A stretch of DNA of 26,033 nt from Alphaproteobacteria bacterium (GTDB lineage Bacteria > Pseudomonadota > Alphaproteobacteria > UBA828), in assembly GCA_963667785.2 (NCBI GenBank), contig CAXXMU010000012.1, positions 1-26,033 on the forward strand, given 5' to 3'. The notes under the pieces are model-generated. The model saw nothing but the letters and a program-made list of their open reading frames with translations, did no database searches and was not told the origin of the DNA. Shown here piece by piece: positions 24,547 to 26,033 of the stretch (position 1 is the first letter of the stretch; each line of letters opens with the position of its first letter). Position numbers and translations under genes: made by a program.

Positions 24547-25251
24547 ATGAAGGCGGCGAACTCCAACGAAGACCAATTCGCGATCCTGCGCCGGACCATG
24601 GTCGAGCAGGTGGCGCTCCATGCCGACCACGTGAGCGGCAAGACCGGCCGCGCGCTGATCGCGGACCCGGTCATGGAGGCGATCGGGCGGGTTCCGCGCC
24701 ACGCCTTCGTCCCGGTCGAGATGGCGCTTTACGCCTACCTCGATTCCCCGCTCCCCATCGGCTGCGGCAAGACCATCTCGCAGCCCTTCATCGTCGCCCT
24801 GATGACCGACCTGCTGGAGATCGGCGCGGGGCATAGGGTGCTCGAGATCGGCACCGGGCTCGGCTACCAGGCGGCGCTGCTGGCGGAGCTCGCGTCCGAG
24901 GTCTACACGGTCGAGCTGATCGAGGAGCTGGCCGAGAGCGGCCGCCGCCGGCTCGGCGAGCAGGGCTACGGCAACGTGCAGTTCCGCATCGGCGACGGCA
25001 GCCTCGGCTGGCCCGACCACGCGCCCTTCGACCGCATCATCGCGACCGCGGCGCCCGACCTCATCCCGGGGGCGCTGCTGCAGCAACTCAAGCCCGGCGG
25101 GCGCATGGTAATCCCGGCCGGCCTCGAGGACGACCAGCGCCTGCTGCTCGTCACCAAGGACGAGGACAGGCGGATCGAGACCGAGGAGATTCTGCCGGTG
25201 CGCTTCTCGCAACTGATGAACGCTGCCGACGAGGCCGGCGCCGACGACTGA
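24547..25251 (+). CDS. pcm: Protein-L-isoaspartate O-methyltransferase
   Basis: VPRHAFVP, PLPIGCGKTISQPFIVALMT, VLEIGTGLGYQAA, GDGSLGWPDHAPFDRII, QLKPGGRMVIP. Confidence 0.94.
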   Translation: MKAANSNEDQFAILRRTMVEQVALHADHVSGKTGRALIADPVMEAIGRVPRHAFVPVEMALYAYLDSPLPIGCGKTISQPFIVALMTDLLEIGAGHRVLEIGTGLGYQAALLAELASEVYTVELIEELAESGRRRLGEQGYGNVQFRIGDGSLGWPDHAPFDRIIATAAPDLIPGALLQQLKPGGRMVIPAGLEDDQRLLLVTKDEDRRIETEEILPVRFSQLMNAADEAGADD

Positions 25252-25284
25252 GCGTTGGGCGCGGCGGCCGCCCGGTCAGCCCTG

Positions 25285-25330
25285 TTGATTCTCTGCCAAA
25301 ATATGTATATATGATACGTACGTATATTTA
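25285..25330 (+). promoter_or_regulatory. AT-rich promoter/operator of the toxin-antitoxin operon
   Basis: The only long AT-rich patch in the window. TTGATT at 25285, TATGAT at 25310, perfect palindrome ATACGTACGTAT at 25314-25325. Confidence 0.6.
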
Positions 25331-25335
25331 GCTGA

Positions 25336-25587
25336 GTGAAATCAATGGGCAAGACGGTCGCGGCATCCGCGTTTCAGGCGAATTGTCTCCGTATCATCAA
25401 TGAGATGCGCGAAGACGGCGAGCCGGTGACGATCACCAATCGGGGCAAGCCCGTCGCGGTGCTCTCCCCCGTGCAGCCCGAGCGCGAGATCGGATCGATC
25501 ATCGGCGCCATGAAGGGAACGGTGCTGGCCTACGACAATCCCTTCGGCTCCGCCGTCGACTCCCCGGAATGGGACGCCATGCGGTGA
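25336..25587 (+). CDS. Phd/YefM family antitoxin
   Basis: TVAASAFQANCLRIINEM…GEPVTITNRGKPVAVLSP. Start is GTG at 25336 or ATG at 25345; GTGA overlap with the toxin gene. Confidence 0.9.
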   Translation: MKSMGKTVAASAFQANCLRIINEMREDGEPVTITNRGKPVAVLSPVQPEREIGSIIGAMKGTVLAYDNPFGSAVDSPEWDAMR

Positions 25588-25997
25588 TCCTGCTGGACAC
25601 CCACGTGCTGATCTGGGCCGTGGAAGGCGATCGGCGGCTCGGCACCAATGCAAGCGCGGCGATTGCGGCGGCGGAACGCGCCGGGGCGGTTGGCGTCTCC
25701 GCCATCACGCCCTGGGAAATCGCCCTGCTGGCCGAGCGGAACCGCCTTCGCCTGGTGCAGGAGGTCGGCACATGGATCGAGGCGGTCCTCGCCTTGCCGG
25801 GCATCAGGCTGATGCCGATCGAGCCCGAAATCGCGCTCGACAGCGCGAGGCTGCCGGGCGCATTCCATGCCGATCCTGCCGATCGCCTGATTATCGCAAC
25901 CGCCCGCCACAGCGGGGCACAGCTGCTCACCGCCGATGGCACCATCCTCTCCTACGCCAAGCGCGGCCACGTTGACACGGTCGACGCGAGGCTATAA
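25584..25997 (+). CDS. vapC: VapC family PIN-domain toxin
   Basis: ILLDTHVLIW, VSAITPWEIA, HADPADRLIIATA, LLTAD. GTG at 25584 overlaps the antitoxin stop. Confidence 0.92.
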   Translation: MILLDTHVLIWAVEGDRRLGTNASAAIAAAERAGAVGVSAITPWEIALLAERNRLRLVQEVGTWIEAVLALPGIRLMPIEPEIALDSARLPGAFHADPADRLIIATARHSGAQLLTADGTILSYAKRGHVDTVDARL

Positions 25998-26033
25998 CCG
26001 GCTCCGTCCCCGCAACGCAGCGTATCGGTACAC

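Overview
This is a very GC-rich (roughly 70% by eye), gene-dense bacterial window. It is probably proteobacterial, but the taxonomy cannot be fixed from the sequence alone. In order it holds: the 5' part of etfB (minus strand, runs off the left edge); an LLM-class flavin oxidoreductase and an FAH-family hydratase; a potFGHI-type polyamine ABC transporter converging on a gamma-glutamyl-polyamine pair (puuA-like/puuB-like); a TPR protein with a C-terminal 2OG-Fe(II)-oxygenase-like domain; a carbohydrate-type ABC operon with a Tat-exported binding protein; a cyclophilin; a GMC oxidoreductase with an ABM/LsrG-like protein; a divergent four-gene module; a PlsB-like acyltransferase; pcm; and a vapBC-type toxin-antitoxin pair. 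The four-gene module is the best candidate for an undescribed system. One arm is a LarA (nickel-pincer) superfamily protein with an apparently rewired active site, plus a small CxxC DUF1858-like protein. The other arm is a trimethylamine-dehydrogenase-like flavoprotein with a DUF1330-like protein. Two ABC genes carry single-base frameshifts in short C runs, most likely assembly errors. No rRNA, tRNA, CRISPR array or transposase was recognised. Family calls come from motif recognition by eye, not from database searches.
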